A stretch of 64,000 nucleotides of DNA. Source: Lepidodermella squamata. Its lineage: Eukaryota; Animalia; Gastrotricha. The stretch is taken from NCBI GenBank assembly GCA_047495785.1, contig JBLDXI010000031.1:992001-1056000 (forward strand). Reading direction: 5' to 3'. Below the pieces are notes generated by a model. That model was not told the origin of the DNA, did no database searches, and was given only the letters and a program-made list of their open reading frames with translations. The position numbers and the translations under genes are program-made. Below, piece after piece: positions 27,101-38,886 of the stretch. The first letter of the stretch is position 1. Every line of letters starts with the position of its first letter.

Positions 27101-28049
27101 CACGGATGACTGGAATTCCGAGAGATCGGAAATTGTACGTTCCAGACGAGACACTCTGCAACATTGGCTGTTCGAGGGCGGCTCGTTTTTTCGGAGTTGG
27201 CGAATTCAACTCTTTCGCCAGCAATTTTATCATAGGCAAATTTTGTTTGACCAACGCCAGTTCTATGGCCGTTTCGTCGCAATCCACCGATCTCGGCACT
27301 CGCAATGACGGGCATTTATTCACGTCGTTGATAAGCGCCTGCACCTGCTTCACATCGCCATTCAACACGGCTTTAATCAACAATTTCGATGAAACAATCC
27401 CAGAAATCGTGTGGTTCTGCTGGCCAGGTAGAAACCCGTGGTCATTTTCCGGCAGCAGTTTTATCGCTGGATTTTCTTTCAATTCGTCGTTTGGAATTAC
27501 GTAATTTTTCGGTAATCGCTTTGGTTTTTTCGGTTTTTCCTTCTTCGCCCTTTTCATCGCTGGTTTCTTCTTCGATTCAGTCTTTCGTTTTCGCTGTTTA
27601 GGGCTCGGTGGTTGGCTATCGGCGGTGTCTTCGCCGTCAGAAATTCCACTCGATTCTGAACTCTCCTCCAATTTATCACTCATGATTCTCCGTTTTTCTT
27701 TATTCGATAATTGAAATTTTTCCGAACCTAGGGGTGTTAAATCCACCTCGCCTATGATTGTTTTGACACTGATAGAATCTGCATAGTCGAGCTTGTAGCT
27801 GCCTGATTTTGTGACTTTGGTCAGCCATCGAATGCTGAGATCTTCCGTGTCATCTGTAGACTCGAGCCACAGAACGCGGCGAGCCCTAGCGAGGTAGAAT
27901 CCATCTGGATCGTCTTCGGTTTTGACGGCTATGAAGACCCAGGCTTCGGAGTTGGCAGTTGTCTTGGGCGGGCGTTTCGGTGGTGGGGCTTCGTGGATAA
28001 AAAAATCAGGAGCAGCTCGCTTCCGCTCGGGCATTTTCGTGCGAACCAT
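15112..28049 (-). CDS. Ankyrin-WGR-PARP paralog 2, about 2522 aa. Exons 26719-28049, 20437-23632, 19909-20141, 17952-18523, 17348-17446, 15112-17249
   Basis: Same exon structure and motifs as paralog 1 with H-Y-E intact; total 7569 nt in frame. Confidence 0.92.
19235..19800 (+). mobile_element. LINE (CR1/L2-like) reverse transcriptase relic in PARP2 intron
   Basis: KHRKLVKWLAENGFDSALNGWYEGF...VKVN and GDSNRLIKWFNEKCLSVNSKKCVVLKMG...ALGIAIN...FSEHC...TYVQPYI match LINE RT mid and thumb motifs, with stops and deletions. Confidence 0.75.
24647..26126 (+). other. Endogenous viral element: RNA-dependent RNA polymerase of an RNA virus (Pisuviricota-like), one frameshift near 25080
   Basis: Motif F KTDEYLPREKASAARVI (24854-24904), A DLQAQD (25086-25103), B SGCLATHIANT (25272-25304), C GDD (25386-25394), D LYREAGGIAHPKK, E VSFGK, in canonical order and spacing. 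Intronless, inside host intron 23633-26718. Confidence 0.85.
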
Positions 28050-28641
28050 TGCGGTTGAGGTCCGTTATTTGAGGTATCTACAAAAAATTCAATTCGTTAA
28101 TAAGCTGGTTTTCTCCCGAAAATTCAACCAAAATATGACACTTAGTAACCATCTCAACCAGGTTTATTATTTCGATGCTAAAGCTTTCTAGGAATACTGG
28201 GCGGAAGTAAGACATGAGTATCTACATCGAAATCCTCGAATCCATGAAACCGAATTTGGTTCTAAACATTTTGTAATGCTATCTTGAATGAGCTTAGAGG
28301 TGAAGCTTAAAAGGCTAGAAAAAATCGGGAAAGGCCCGCAACTTCGCACCTAAAAGGAAAAATAGCTAAAAAACCTTTTCAAAGGCAAAATTACTGGAAA
28401 TTTGAGTTCGTCAGGTAAATTAACTACCCTTAACAAAAGGTATCCCACGTGGCACTGTATTAAAATTATTGGTTACTATTAAAAAAATTACCTCTTTCAC
28501 TCTTGACTTGATTGCACCAGTGACAGACAAAAATTCATTAAATATCTAAAGAACGAAGAAGCGTTTAGAAATTGTACAACAAATTTCAAGCCAGTACGGA
28601 AAGAAGCCGATTAAAAAATTAAAATCTCAAAAATCTTAAAA

Positions 28642-29076
28642 TCAACAAATATCAATCAAACAATTATCACTTGCGACCTCGACCGCCGTTTTACACTCCT
28701 GTTCAGGCTCATCGTTCATTATTCGCTGCTTCTCTTTCACAGATAGCCGAAACAAATTGCGACCAAGCGACGTCAAATCAACCTCGCCAATCACCGTATC
28801 GGCGTGAATTTTATCCACATAGTCCAACTTATAGAGGCCACTATTTTGCTGCTTAGTCAACCACCTAATCGCAAATTCCCCATCAGAATATTCAGTCCGT
28901 CTAGCCCGAACTAAGTAGAAACCATCAGGGTCATCGTCAGTTTTGACGGCTAAATAAATCCAAGATGGCGAATTTATCGTGTATTTCGATTTGGTGGAAC
29001 GTTTTGATTTCAGAGAATTGTCAATATAAAGCTCAGGAGCTTTACGCTTTCGCTGGCCATGTTTAGGCTGAACCAT
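28642..29076 (-). CDS. Stand-alone paralog of the PARP N-terminal domain (144 aa)
   Basis: WIYLAVKTDDDPDGFYLVRARR...IRWLTK...YKLDYVDKIHADTVIGEVDLTSLG aligns with the PARP N-terminus. ATG at 29076. Confidence 0.75.
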   Translation of the reverse strand: MVQPKHGQRKRKAPELYIDNSLKSKRSTKSKYTINSPSWIYLAVKTDDDPDGFYLVRARRTEYSDGEFAIRWLTKQQNSGLYKLDYVDKIHADTVIGEVDLTSLGRNLFRLSVKEKQRIMNDEPEQECKTAVEVASDNCLIDIC

Positions 29077-29311
29077 TCGAGAAATAAATATAGGTGACAA
29101 AAATACTATTTACACAGCTATAATTTTCGAAATTGTTAGCGGACAGTGCTTCAGATCCCTTTGAGGTTTGAGGCGTTGAAAATGTTTAAAAATTATTTTA
29201 ATAAATCCTAAAATATTCAAATAAAGCTATTCATGCTTCAATTAATTCATTAAAAATCACAAAAAATTACAGCCTCTTCAATAATAAAAATAAAATAAGA
29301 TAAGATAAAAT

Positions 29312-29668
29312 TCAATTTAAATTTAGCAATATTTTTCTTTTTTCCACAACAGGCAGTCTGAATTTTTTGGGTTCGAGTTTGATGACTTGCACCGTACGAA
29401 TGATCGTTTTTCGGCTGATTCTATCGTCATAATCGAGTTTGTAAGTATTTCCACGAATTTTTGTCAGCCATTTAATTGGCAAACTGTCCTCGATGTAGAT
29501 CTCGCACTCAGACAACGTACTTCTCCGCATTCGAGCAAGGTAAAAACCGTCCGGATCATCGTCGGTTTTCACCGCTATAAAAGCCCAAGCCGAAGATCTA
29601 AAAGTTGCCTTGCCAGATTTTTGGCTTCGCGGGTCACGTTTCACAGCCTTTTCTAATGTTCGAACCAT
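29312..29668 (-). CDS. Second stand-alone paralog of the PARP N-terminal domain (118 aa)
   Basis: MVRT start; WAFIAVKTDDDPDGFYLARMRR...IKWLTK...YKLDYDDRISRKTII; intact ORF; TTTTAG acceptor 18 nt upstream of ATG. Confidence 0.75.
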   Translation of the reverse strand: MVRTLEKAVKRDPRSQKSGKATFRSSAWAFIAVKTDDDPDGFYLARMRRSTLSECEIYIEDSLPIKWLTKIRGNTYKLDYDDRISRKTIIRTVQVIKLEPKKFRLPVVEKRKILLNLN

Positions 29669-29732
29669 AAAATGTATTTAAAAAATCTAAAAATCAAGAC
29701 ATTTGTTTAAAAAGAGGTTTTTTTAATAATTT

Positions 29733-29942
29733 TTAAGAGTCAGTGTTGGCCTTATTTTTCTTGGCCTCTATCCATTTGTGAAAATCACGGGTTCTAGAAT
29801 ACTCGTTTCGATAGTCATCAAGGTAAAACGGAAGGCTAACAAGAAAGACCGCTGTGGTGACCAGGCCGAACGACGCCAATTTATGCGAAAGGATCCATTT
29901 TCGCCACGAAATTATACCAGTTTGCGGGTATTTGTAGGCCAT
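29733..29942 (-). CDS. 69-aa single-TM microprotein (possibly mitochondrial)
   Basis: ATG ORF with basic N-terminus, one hydrophobic helix (LASFGLVTTAVFLVSLPFYL) and a charged tail. Family not recognised. Confidence 0.55.
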   Translation of the reverse strand: MAYKYPQTGIISWRKWILSHKLASFGLVTTAVFLVSLPFYLDDYRNEYSRTRDFHKWIEAKKNKANTDS

Positions 29943-29943
29943 T

Positions 29944-30267
29944 TCAATTTTTCTTCGTAACTTCCTTCTGCGGCAGGCGTTGAGTCTCTTTGCGGGCTTG
30001 CGCTTCTTCTAGCTCCTTCTTACGGTTGATTGTTTCGAGACCTTCCGGCTTATCGAGGGAGCGATCTGGGTTTTCGAAGAATAACGGCGATCGTCTAGCT
30101 TCAGGAGGCACGATTTTATCGTTGAATTGCATACGATACCAGGCGTAGTGCAGCCCGGCAAACCCGATACCTTTGAAAAATTGATAAAATTTCTAAAAAA
30201 ATCTAGAATTCGTTAAATTACCGAAAACCGCTAAAAACTTGGCTGTTGGGCCGGTGAACAGCGACAT
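29944..30267 (-). CDS. 90-aa single-TM microprotein; exons 30222-30267 and 29944-30170
   Basis: Spliced ORF MSLFTGPTAKFLAVFGIGFAGLHYAWYRMQFNDKIVPPEARRSPLFFEN...; 51-nt GT-AG intron in phase. Confidence 0.7.
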
Positions 30268-30522
30268 AATGCACCGGTAATAAATTAGGAAATAAAGCTC
30301 TAACAACGGAGATAAGCCACAAGTCTTATTCATCAGTATGATAAAATTTCTTATCTCAGTCATATATTAATACCGTACAATTTTTACTCTACATAATAAC
30401 AAACAAATCAAGCGATTTATCGCTCAATTTTTAAAGGTAGTAACCATAAATAAACCGGTTGTGCGATGAGAAGAAACTATGCATACTGAGCCTAACTCTA
30501 CAGTAGTCAATTATTTTTGCAT

Positions 30523-32083
30523 TTATTGGCTTTTTGTATCAGCCGCGATTGCTTCTTGTGGCTTCTGGCCAAGCATGACATTGGCAGTGTGGTTGTCGAA
30601 GAAAATGGTCTTCTTCTGGCGAGCCGGGTCCTTTGGAGCCTGCTCGAGCATGTAGTCGCAATACCGCACCCAGTAGTAGTGGAAAACGGCTGTAGCACCG
30701 CCGAATATTAGCAGAAACTAAAATTTGAAATAAAAATACATCATTATTTTCGAAAAAGTAGCATAAATTCGGATCGAATTTTGAGTTTAATTGGGTATGA
30801 CACAAACTCCAAATTCTTCAGTACTGCGAGAAAATTATTCTACATGATATACTTAACGCGCTTTTAGAATTTTCGTCTTCCTGAGCAAGCTCGTCAATGC
30901 TCAGCTCTCAGCTCTTCACTCGCTAGTTTTTACTTTTAGTTACTTAACGTCGTAGTTGGAGAACCATGGCAACAGAATTTGACTTATCGCGTAGCTGTAA
31001 ATTTTTCGAAAGTTGAAGAAGCTGAGCGATATGTTGCAAATCCTCTTGTATTGTCAAATGGAGAACAATTGCAATTTTCCAAACATTCCACTTTGGACTG
31101 GAAAGATCCTCGAATATGGAAAATCACTAAAACTGAGGAGCTCGAGGCTGTTGCTGAGCAGCTTAAGATAAACAACTTGGGCCAAATCATACCGGAGATT
31201 TTACCGGATGTTGTCTGCCTCGTTGAAAAAATTGCCGAGAATTTGGACACCGAGAATTTGATCGATGACTCGGACGGACTGAAGAAAGTTGTTTTAAACA
31301 AGGCTCCTGCGACTGCTAATGGACCTACGCTGTCATTTATTTCGAAACTCTAAATTCGCAGCGATTTTTTGAACTCAGATTTCCTTAGTTTTTCGCGATC
31401 TGAAGTCACCAACAGTATTAACAACAGTGGTCACCTGCTAAGAACGTGCCCCAATAAGCCATATTTCGCCAAAAGATGCAGCTTAATTTCAAGCACAACA
31501 CGGCAACAGCAAAACTGACATGCCGTGGGTTGTATCAAAAAATAATCCAGCCGACATTTCCGGTCAGTCTATCGAAAGTCTTATTCAGCAGGAGAAAGTA
31601 AGATAACTTTAGCTGTCATTTCGCTGTGATAACTGACATTTTTCTGCCATCGGATGCTACCACCTACCCTTCTCGCCAGTTAGCACTGGAGCGATTTGTC
31701 GCTGGATTGTGTGTAAACTCGAAGCCTATTCTAACGCTTTTTCTCTTGAAAAGGGCAAATTGCTCATTAAGTATTACATTGAATCTGCCAAAGTACCAAC
31801 TCCTCAAACGAACTGCAAAAGGAAGTGAGCCAGGAAGTGTCTCACGGGATGGTAACGGAAATGAAGAGGCTCAGCTTGACAATGAGAGACCCATCCTGGT
31901 TCCCAAAATGATACTGTTATCCTTAAACCGCTTAGGTTTAGGCATTGATTTAGGTAATAGTTATATAGACTTCTCAAATTTCACGTTTCCAAATCAATTT
32001 TCGGGTTGATAGAATTATTGCAAAAATCAGATTAAACTCTAACATACCTGAGTTGGTGTCGGTTTCCTCCAGTTGATCGCCAT
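30523..32083 (-). CDS. 76-aa single-TM microprotein paralogous to the previous gene; exons 32048-32083 and 30523-30717 (missing from ORF track)
   Basis: MAINWRKPTPTQ|FLLIFGGATAVFHYYWVRYCDYMLEQAPKDPARQKKTIFFDN...KSQ*; donor CAG|GTATGT and acceptor TTTTAG, both phase 0. Confidence 0.7.
30979..31353 (+). mobile_element. Possible LINE ORF1 (RRM-like) relic inside the microprotein intron
   Basis: VAVNFSKVEEAERYVANPLVLSNGEQLQF resembles RRM-type ORF1 segments; no ATG start; weak. Confidence 0.3.
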
Positions 32084-32271
32084 TTTCATAATACCAATAT
32101 AAAACGAGTCTATCAACGAAGGAAAATCACAAAATACTAAAAAGCAGCAAAATTTATGCTAAAAAAACGAACGATGAATGAAAGTTATACAAGAGAAGAA
32201 GAAATGCGTTAATGAATGACTCTTTATATTCCACTCGGTGAAATTTCGCCGCATCACAAATGTTTTCATCA

Positions 32272-35200
32272 TCACTTTTTCTTGGCAGCTTTTCGAATGC
32301 GATCTTCCTCCTCCATTCGCTTTCGAACCTCAGGATCGTCGAGCAACTCATTAGAAATGATATCACCCGGCTCACCATCGTCTTCCTCTTCTTCCTCTTC
32401 TGGTGGCTGCTGTTCCGCCTCTTCGCCTTCGTCGTCAGAAATTTCGTGAGCGGGTTCATCGGTAATTTTAACCGGGTTTTCGGCAGCTTCCGCACCGGGC
32501 GGGAGGGGTTCAGGCGATTTTTCACGGTTGATTTTTCGCTTTCTCCCCTTTTGAGCAGCCGGAGGTGGAATTTCGAATTCGTTATCCTCACGAACTCGGC
32601 CCTTAGCCTCGGCCAAAACTCGCGCCTTCTCCTCCTCAATTTTCGCCAAACGCTGCGACTCAGCCACCATTTGCTCGACGCGTTGCTGGTAGAAGCCATA
32701 GACGAAATGCGCCATAGTCGGCATATCCTCAACAACCATAGCCGGGCTAAGCGGGGCCGCGTCCAACAACCGATCCGTCGGATGTGCTTCACTAGGCAGC
32801 AAGCACAGCTTTTGATTACGTTGAGTCAACTGGTTGAAAACCGGGGTCAATTCGAAGCAGTTCGAAAACAGCTTAGCCCGGCCGAAAATGTAGAGACCAA
32901 GACGAGCGCGGGACATTGCGACCACCAAACGCCGCACATCTCGCAAATGACCGACCTGTTTAGTCCTGACGAGTGACAACAGGATGAAATCGTTTTGCTG
33001 GCCCTGGTACTTGTCGACAGTCGCGATTTTGTGCGGTTGCCCGAAAACTGGGTTCAGGGCACAGCGGCGCTGCAAAACGTCTCTGATCAAATTTTTCTGG
33101 CCGTTGTACGTCGTTAGAATCGTGATTTTCTCAGCGGGATAGCCGATCAGACGCATGTACATAAAAACTGCGACGACATACTCGGCTTCGGCGAGATTTT
33201 GAATGAAATGCGGGGTCGGCTCCGTCTCGCCCTGGCCTTCGAAGTCTTGCACGTCGATGAGTTGGTAGTCGTAGAGGAACCCGGCGTTTGAGACTTGGAA
33301 TTCTGGCTGGGCGAGCACGTGGGGTAGGTTGTCGAGTTTCTCGTAGCGCCACGTGTAGAGTGAGCAGAGCGAGGGGCGGGCACGGCCTTGAGCGTCCAAA
33401 TTGACGGTTGGCACGCCGAGGCGGACGAACCGCGTGAATAAACTCTGTTCCATGTTTGAGAATTTCTGGAAGGCCATGTTCTGGATGATAGGCGGCAGTT
33501 GGTGGTGGTCTCCAATCATGATCCATCTATAAATAATTTCAAATTTAAGATAAAAATCGCAAAATGCGTTGGATATTCCAATATTTTAATATAAAGAAAA
33601 ATTTGGCTACAACGTAAAAAAATCATTGACAAAAATTATATTTTCGTAGTGAAAAATTCAAATTATAGCATCAGTGGTAGGTAAATTACAAGTTAGGTAA
33701 ATATATTTACAGAGGCTGCAAATTACGACAGGTTCATAAAAACTTCTTAAATTTAATATCGAAACCAAAATTCAAAATCAATTTACAATTTTCGAAAATC
33801 TTCAGGATTTTTCGAATTGGGCAATAGTGACCAGTGGCTCGAAATTTTTCTAGCCTCGGTAATCAATCTACCTACATTTACCAGAGATAAAAAACTGATT
33901 AAAGATGATAACATACTTTTTTGGAAATTTTTCGAATTGATGTAGAGTATTTAAGGGAATAAAAACACGAGTATTTTGTTTGACTAGCTTGTGGTAGGAA
34001 GATCAGGATCAATCGATTGTGTTAAAATAATCTGTGATATCAACTACTTCCACTGCAAATTACAGTAACAAAGATCAACCCATGCATGTACTACAAGGAT
34101 AACGCAAATATCGAATTGGAGCAAATTTTTTCAGCCATTCCGGTTTATGAGCCTAATATGGGCCACTTAACAAGTTATCATGGCTAACACTATCAAGTGA
34201 TATGTGAAGGCCTTATTTTGTCAGCTTGCGAAAGTCGAGAAAAAGCATGGCACAGGAAATGCACCGAACTCTACTACCTAGAATACTACGAAGTATTGAC
34301 CAGTGCTTTGCCTCACATGCAATATTAACGTGGACAGAGTGAGACCGTGCATTATGCACACAAGGTCACGCATTTCGCATCGCAAAAAAGCAAGTATTTC
34401 CAATATAGACTACAGTACAAGGCACGGACCAATAAAAGAGGGGAAATTGGCAATATTTCTATCTTGTGACGGTAACGAAATATAAATATAGCAGATTGGA
34501 TTGCTAGATCCAGGCAACTTTCGTTCAATAAATTGGAAGAAACTTCTATCCGCAGCAAATTATTTGTATTTCCAGAACATTTTTTTCCCGCAAGAACGCC
34601 TCTTTTATGCAACAAATCGACTTTTCCCCGCAGCAGATATTCAACAATGATTTTTTAATTAGCAATTAGCAGTATTTCATCATGTCAGAAACAGATTTAG
34701 GGTGCGTAAGTCTCAACGTGACCGGTCCTTAAATTATTGATTTTGTTCTTCAGCCATAATAAAAAGATGAAATTTCTGTGAACAAGACATGGCTCGGGTG
34801 GTTTAAATTTCCGAAAAATATATAATTTACGGATACAAAATGTAGAAAATTCTAGACTTTACTGAAAATAGGACGAAGGCTCCAGGAGGCTTTGAAAAAA
34901 TAAGCTCCAGAGAATAAACTGCGAATTCAATAAATTAAAAGAAAGAAAGAATAGCGTAAATAAGGAAAATTGTGTTTAGAAAATGTTCATTTTGTTATAA
35001 TAACTCCTTTTTTGTAAGAAAATTGGCAAATGTGGAAAAATACTCACCGTTTGAGTCGAGATCGGCCTCGGTCAGGATTTTGCAGCAATAGCGGAATGAA
35101 GGTTTCGATTTCCAAAATCTGAGCCGATTCTTCCATCAGAATGTTGTCGTACTGGAACAACGCCTGGACCAAATCTCGCCGTTTCAACGCCGCGTGGGTG

Positions 35201-38200
35201 CACGTCATCGCGATGATTTTCGCCTCCTTCACCAGCAAATATTTCGCACGATCCGCGCCGTTTCGAATGAGTTCGAAGGCACGAAATTCTTCGAGTTGCG
35301 TGAAAATCGACTTTAAATGGCGGAAACAGCCGTGAGCGATTTCTAGATCTTCATCATAAGACGCGCCTTTGAACAACGGCTGAGGGGCGTTTTCGAAAAA
35401 TTTGAAAAACGGAAACTGCTCGTGAATCACCGAAATTTCTCCAGATTTTCGCGCAATTTTCGACAAAAATTCCTCCCATCGCCGCAGAACTTCGCATAGG
35501 TAGAAATAGCCGGCAGTTTCGCAGGTATAAGCCACATCGCCCCGAACTCCAAAACTGTCCTGGAGGCGTTTGACTTCATTCAAAAGTTCAAGTCGTTTCG
35601 CTAGGACGTAATTAACTCGACCGTAACGCGAAAAATCTTTCTCAGTCTCCAACATTTCCTCACCATGGCCCATACGTAGCAAATGCCGTTCGTCGATATC
35701 CAACGCCATAATTTTTTCGAAAAGCTGATTCAAAGCCTGGTTAGAATGGGTGACTAGAACAGTTCGCTCATTCGGGAAATTGTGGTAGATATTCGAGATG
35801 ATTTGAACGGCTACATCGGTTTTACCAGTACCAGGCGGACCAACGATTAGCGTTAAACCGGGTTGCATACCCGATCGGATCGCCTCTACCTGGGTTGGGG
35901 TGAATCGCACCTGGTTCATTTTCGGCACTGAAGCCGGGTAAGGGCCGCGATTTACTGGCTTGTACGGTTGGACGACGATCGACTTCTCGCCTGGGAAATT
36001 CGCCCGTTGCCCCTTGAAACCCGGCCCGGCTGGGATGGTAATTCGGTACGGCGGTTTAGTTAGATCAAGACACCCTGGTTGAATCTTGAAATTCGGAAAA
36101 CTCTCAGCCAGATGCGAGTAGTCGAGGAAGGTATCACACCAATCGAGCTCCTCAATTTGATTCGCCATATTCGAGTAATGCGCCGAGGCCGGGTCGCCGA
36201 AACCCAAAATTACGTCATGCAACCAGTCCGGAACAACACATTTCACATTCATCAAGTCCCGAATTGTATCCAAAACCGCCTTGAAATTATTCTCCTTCGG
36301 ATTTCGGCGAACGACGACCGAAAATTGCTTGTAAGGATCTTCGTTATTTTCAAGGTCGATTTGGTATTGAGCAGGGTCGAGTTGAACCCGGTACGTCCGG
36401 TTATTCCCGGTAAAAACCGGTTTAGCATCCAGGCCTTCCTCGTAGATATGCCCGTCCTCCATGACTAGACCCTCGACCTCAGCACCTCGGATGTACTTCA
36501 CGCCGAATTCCTCGCAAAACGGCTTGTCATAATCGAATTTATCGCCAATCATTTTTTCAGGCTTGATCCCAACCAGGAAAATTACGTCGTGTCGCCTCAG
36601 ATTTTCCCACTCCTTTCTCGCGTCATTCCGCAGCCCGCCGATATTTATAGTAATTTCAGCCCGGACAAAGGCTGGTTTTGTGTCACCCAGCAGCGGCTTG
36701 CCGACATTGATGATTTGGCACGAAAACAGGGACAGGGCCATGCGGGCCTGGCCGCCGCAGTAAACCGACCCGTTTTCAGCCCGGTACGGTTTGATTCGCT
36801 TCAACGCGTCCTGAATGTCCTCCCTAATCTCATAGGTCGACTCGAGACGGAACAAATCGAAATTTCTCAGCAAATAGTCGTGTAGGGTCAAAAATTGAAG
36901 GTTCAATTTCGGCAGGCTCAAACACTCGACCCCGCTGTAAAACTCGGTTGGAACTACATTTGTATCCCAAATAATGCTCTCAGTCGGGTAGAGAGGCATG
37001 TCATTCAGCGTATCAATCTGCGACTTTCGCTTTTGGGCACTAGCCACGATGATTTCTAGCAGCAATTGCTTCGAAAATTTCGCCGATTTGTCGTCATTTT
37101 CCGGCAATAGATGCACGAGTTCAGCTAATTTTTTCAATTCTTGCGGTTGCAATTTTCGCAGAAATGACACCAATTTATCACGCTCATCAACCGCCGAAAC
37201 GTTTGATAACGCAAATTCTGATAAAGTTGAGTTGAAATGTTTGAAGGCGGCTTTTTGCAATTTCCCGACTTTTTCGTAGTGAATATCAAGAACTTGGCCG
37301 TCAGTCAACGGCTCGCCCGTTAAATCATCGATTTCGAAATACGCGTAGAAATTCAACCGATCAAGCAGCTGATTCAACAAATTCGCCTCTTTCCGCTTCA
37401 GGAAAGGGGCTAAACGAGTTCGGGTGCAAAAATGGCGACTTCCAAGGAGGATGTTCAAAAAACGCCTCGTCGGCAGTAACGACAAACAATCGACGATCAA
37501 TTGCGCGAATCTTTCTAACCACGTCACTTTTTCGTGTTCGATTTGGTCGGTAGTTAACGACTCGAGAATTTCGAAATACCGCGAGATCATATTGTCGAAA
37601 AATTTGAAGGCGAAATCGCGGTCTTTGCGCGTCGATTCGTCCATTTGCTCGTATTGCTTCTGGAAAGCTCGCCACATTTTCTTCAATTTTGGATTTTGGT
37701 CCAAATATTCGTCGCGTAGCCCCGGTAGTAGATTAGTCCAAATCGGTAGACCGATCAATAGCTGAACCTCGCGCCTGATTACATCGACCTCGAGGCTGTT
37801 AAAGCAGAAGGCTAGAAAAGTGAGCAGGACGGTCTGCTCGCGGACTGTTGCGCGTTTTAAGCTGGGTTCGACCAGGGCTTCGAGAATTCGCCGGAAAAAG
37901 TAGCTGAAATGTCGTGGGTTGGCGACGAAGCAGTCCCAGGCGGGGACGCGCTCGCGGAATTTTTCGTTAACCATCACAACAATCGACATCATGTGGAAAT
38001 GAGATGCCTGAAAAAAAGAATAAAATTTAATAAAAATCCAGAAATAAATTGAAGGCAGATATTTTTGTGATTTTTGTATGAGAATCGCCTTCAAAATGCT
38101 ATTCAATTTAGAATATTTTTCTGCGAGTCCCTTTATAATATACCATCTCAAATTTTCTTCAAATGAGTGACTGTCCAATTTGCGATTGAAATTTAATGCC

Positions 38201-38584
38201 TTGAACCATTCCAGTATAATTAACTGGAAAACAATTTTTTCTTATTTCACTCTGCTAACCTGTTCATCGTAGTACTTCCACAGAAAATTCTCCAAATACT
38301 GGCTGAACTCGAGCATCATGATACGCCGAATATTGAAGTTGGACTTGATCACTTCTTCCATGTAGATTTCATCCACAATTTTGCGGTTGAACGGCAGCGG
38401 TGTTGCATTGTCGAATGCCCAGTAACTTTCAGCCAACTATTTTTCACATCAATTGTAAGTTTCACTCCAAATTTTGAGATTTTTTTTGATATCTCACCTT
38501 GGTAATTCGATCCGCCTCAATTTGATCAACAGTCACAGTTCCACCTCCAGCAGGTTTCTTGCCTTCAGCGGGTTTTCTACTCAT
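32272..38584 (-). CDS. AQR: Intron-binding RNA helicase Aquarius; exons 38498-38584, 38260-38436, 35048-38007, 32272-33526
   Basis: [65 protein letters not shown]; junctions in phase. Confidence 0.95.
34200..34325 (+). mobile_element. Decayed PHD finger (LINE ORF1-like) in AQR intron
   Basis: C...C...WHRKCTEL...Y..L, then frameshifted LCLTC. Confidence 0.4.
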
Positions 38585-38886
38585 TTTATCCACCAGTAAA
38601 AACTCTAATAATCACATAGAAACAAAGTTTTAGAGCAAACGCTTTATTTTCTTACATTAGTACTGTGCAAATAATTCATTTGTAGATAGCAAGATCATCT
38701 ATTCAACGGCTAGATTCGAGCCAGCCCGACAAAAACAGTTAGTGGAATTAATAAGAACGCGACGACAACAAAAAATTAACATCAACAACAATATTCTCAG
38801 AGTTGAATTTTCAAGACCAGAGATAGAGAGAGAGAGATAACGGAAGACGCAATAATTATAATTGCTGCCGAAGACTACTTTTGCAT

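Larger units (their letters stand above)
2195..28544. repeat. Tandem segmental duplication: unit 1 about 2195-13597, unit 2 about 13595-28544
   Basis: Exons, 3' flanks (2260-2668 vs 14746-15111) and 5'UTR exon (13545-13597 vs 28492-28544) are homologous. 13595-13667 copies 2195-2266. Confidence 0.9.

Noticed and set aside
2669-28049. PARP duplication as a haplotype assembly artefact
   Set aside because: Introns are highly diverged with independent insertions, and a precise chimeric junction exists at about 13595.
28492-29076. Stand-alone domain ORF splicing into PARP2 to give a tandem-domain protein
   Set aside because: An in-frame TAA lies just upstream of the PARP ATG within the same exon, and the 54-nt exon is open only in a frame that does not join the PARP frame.
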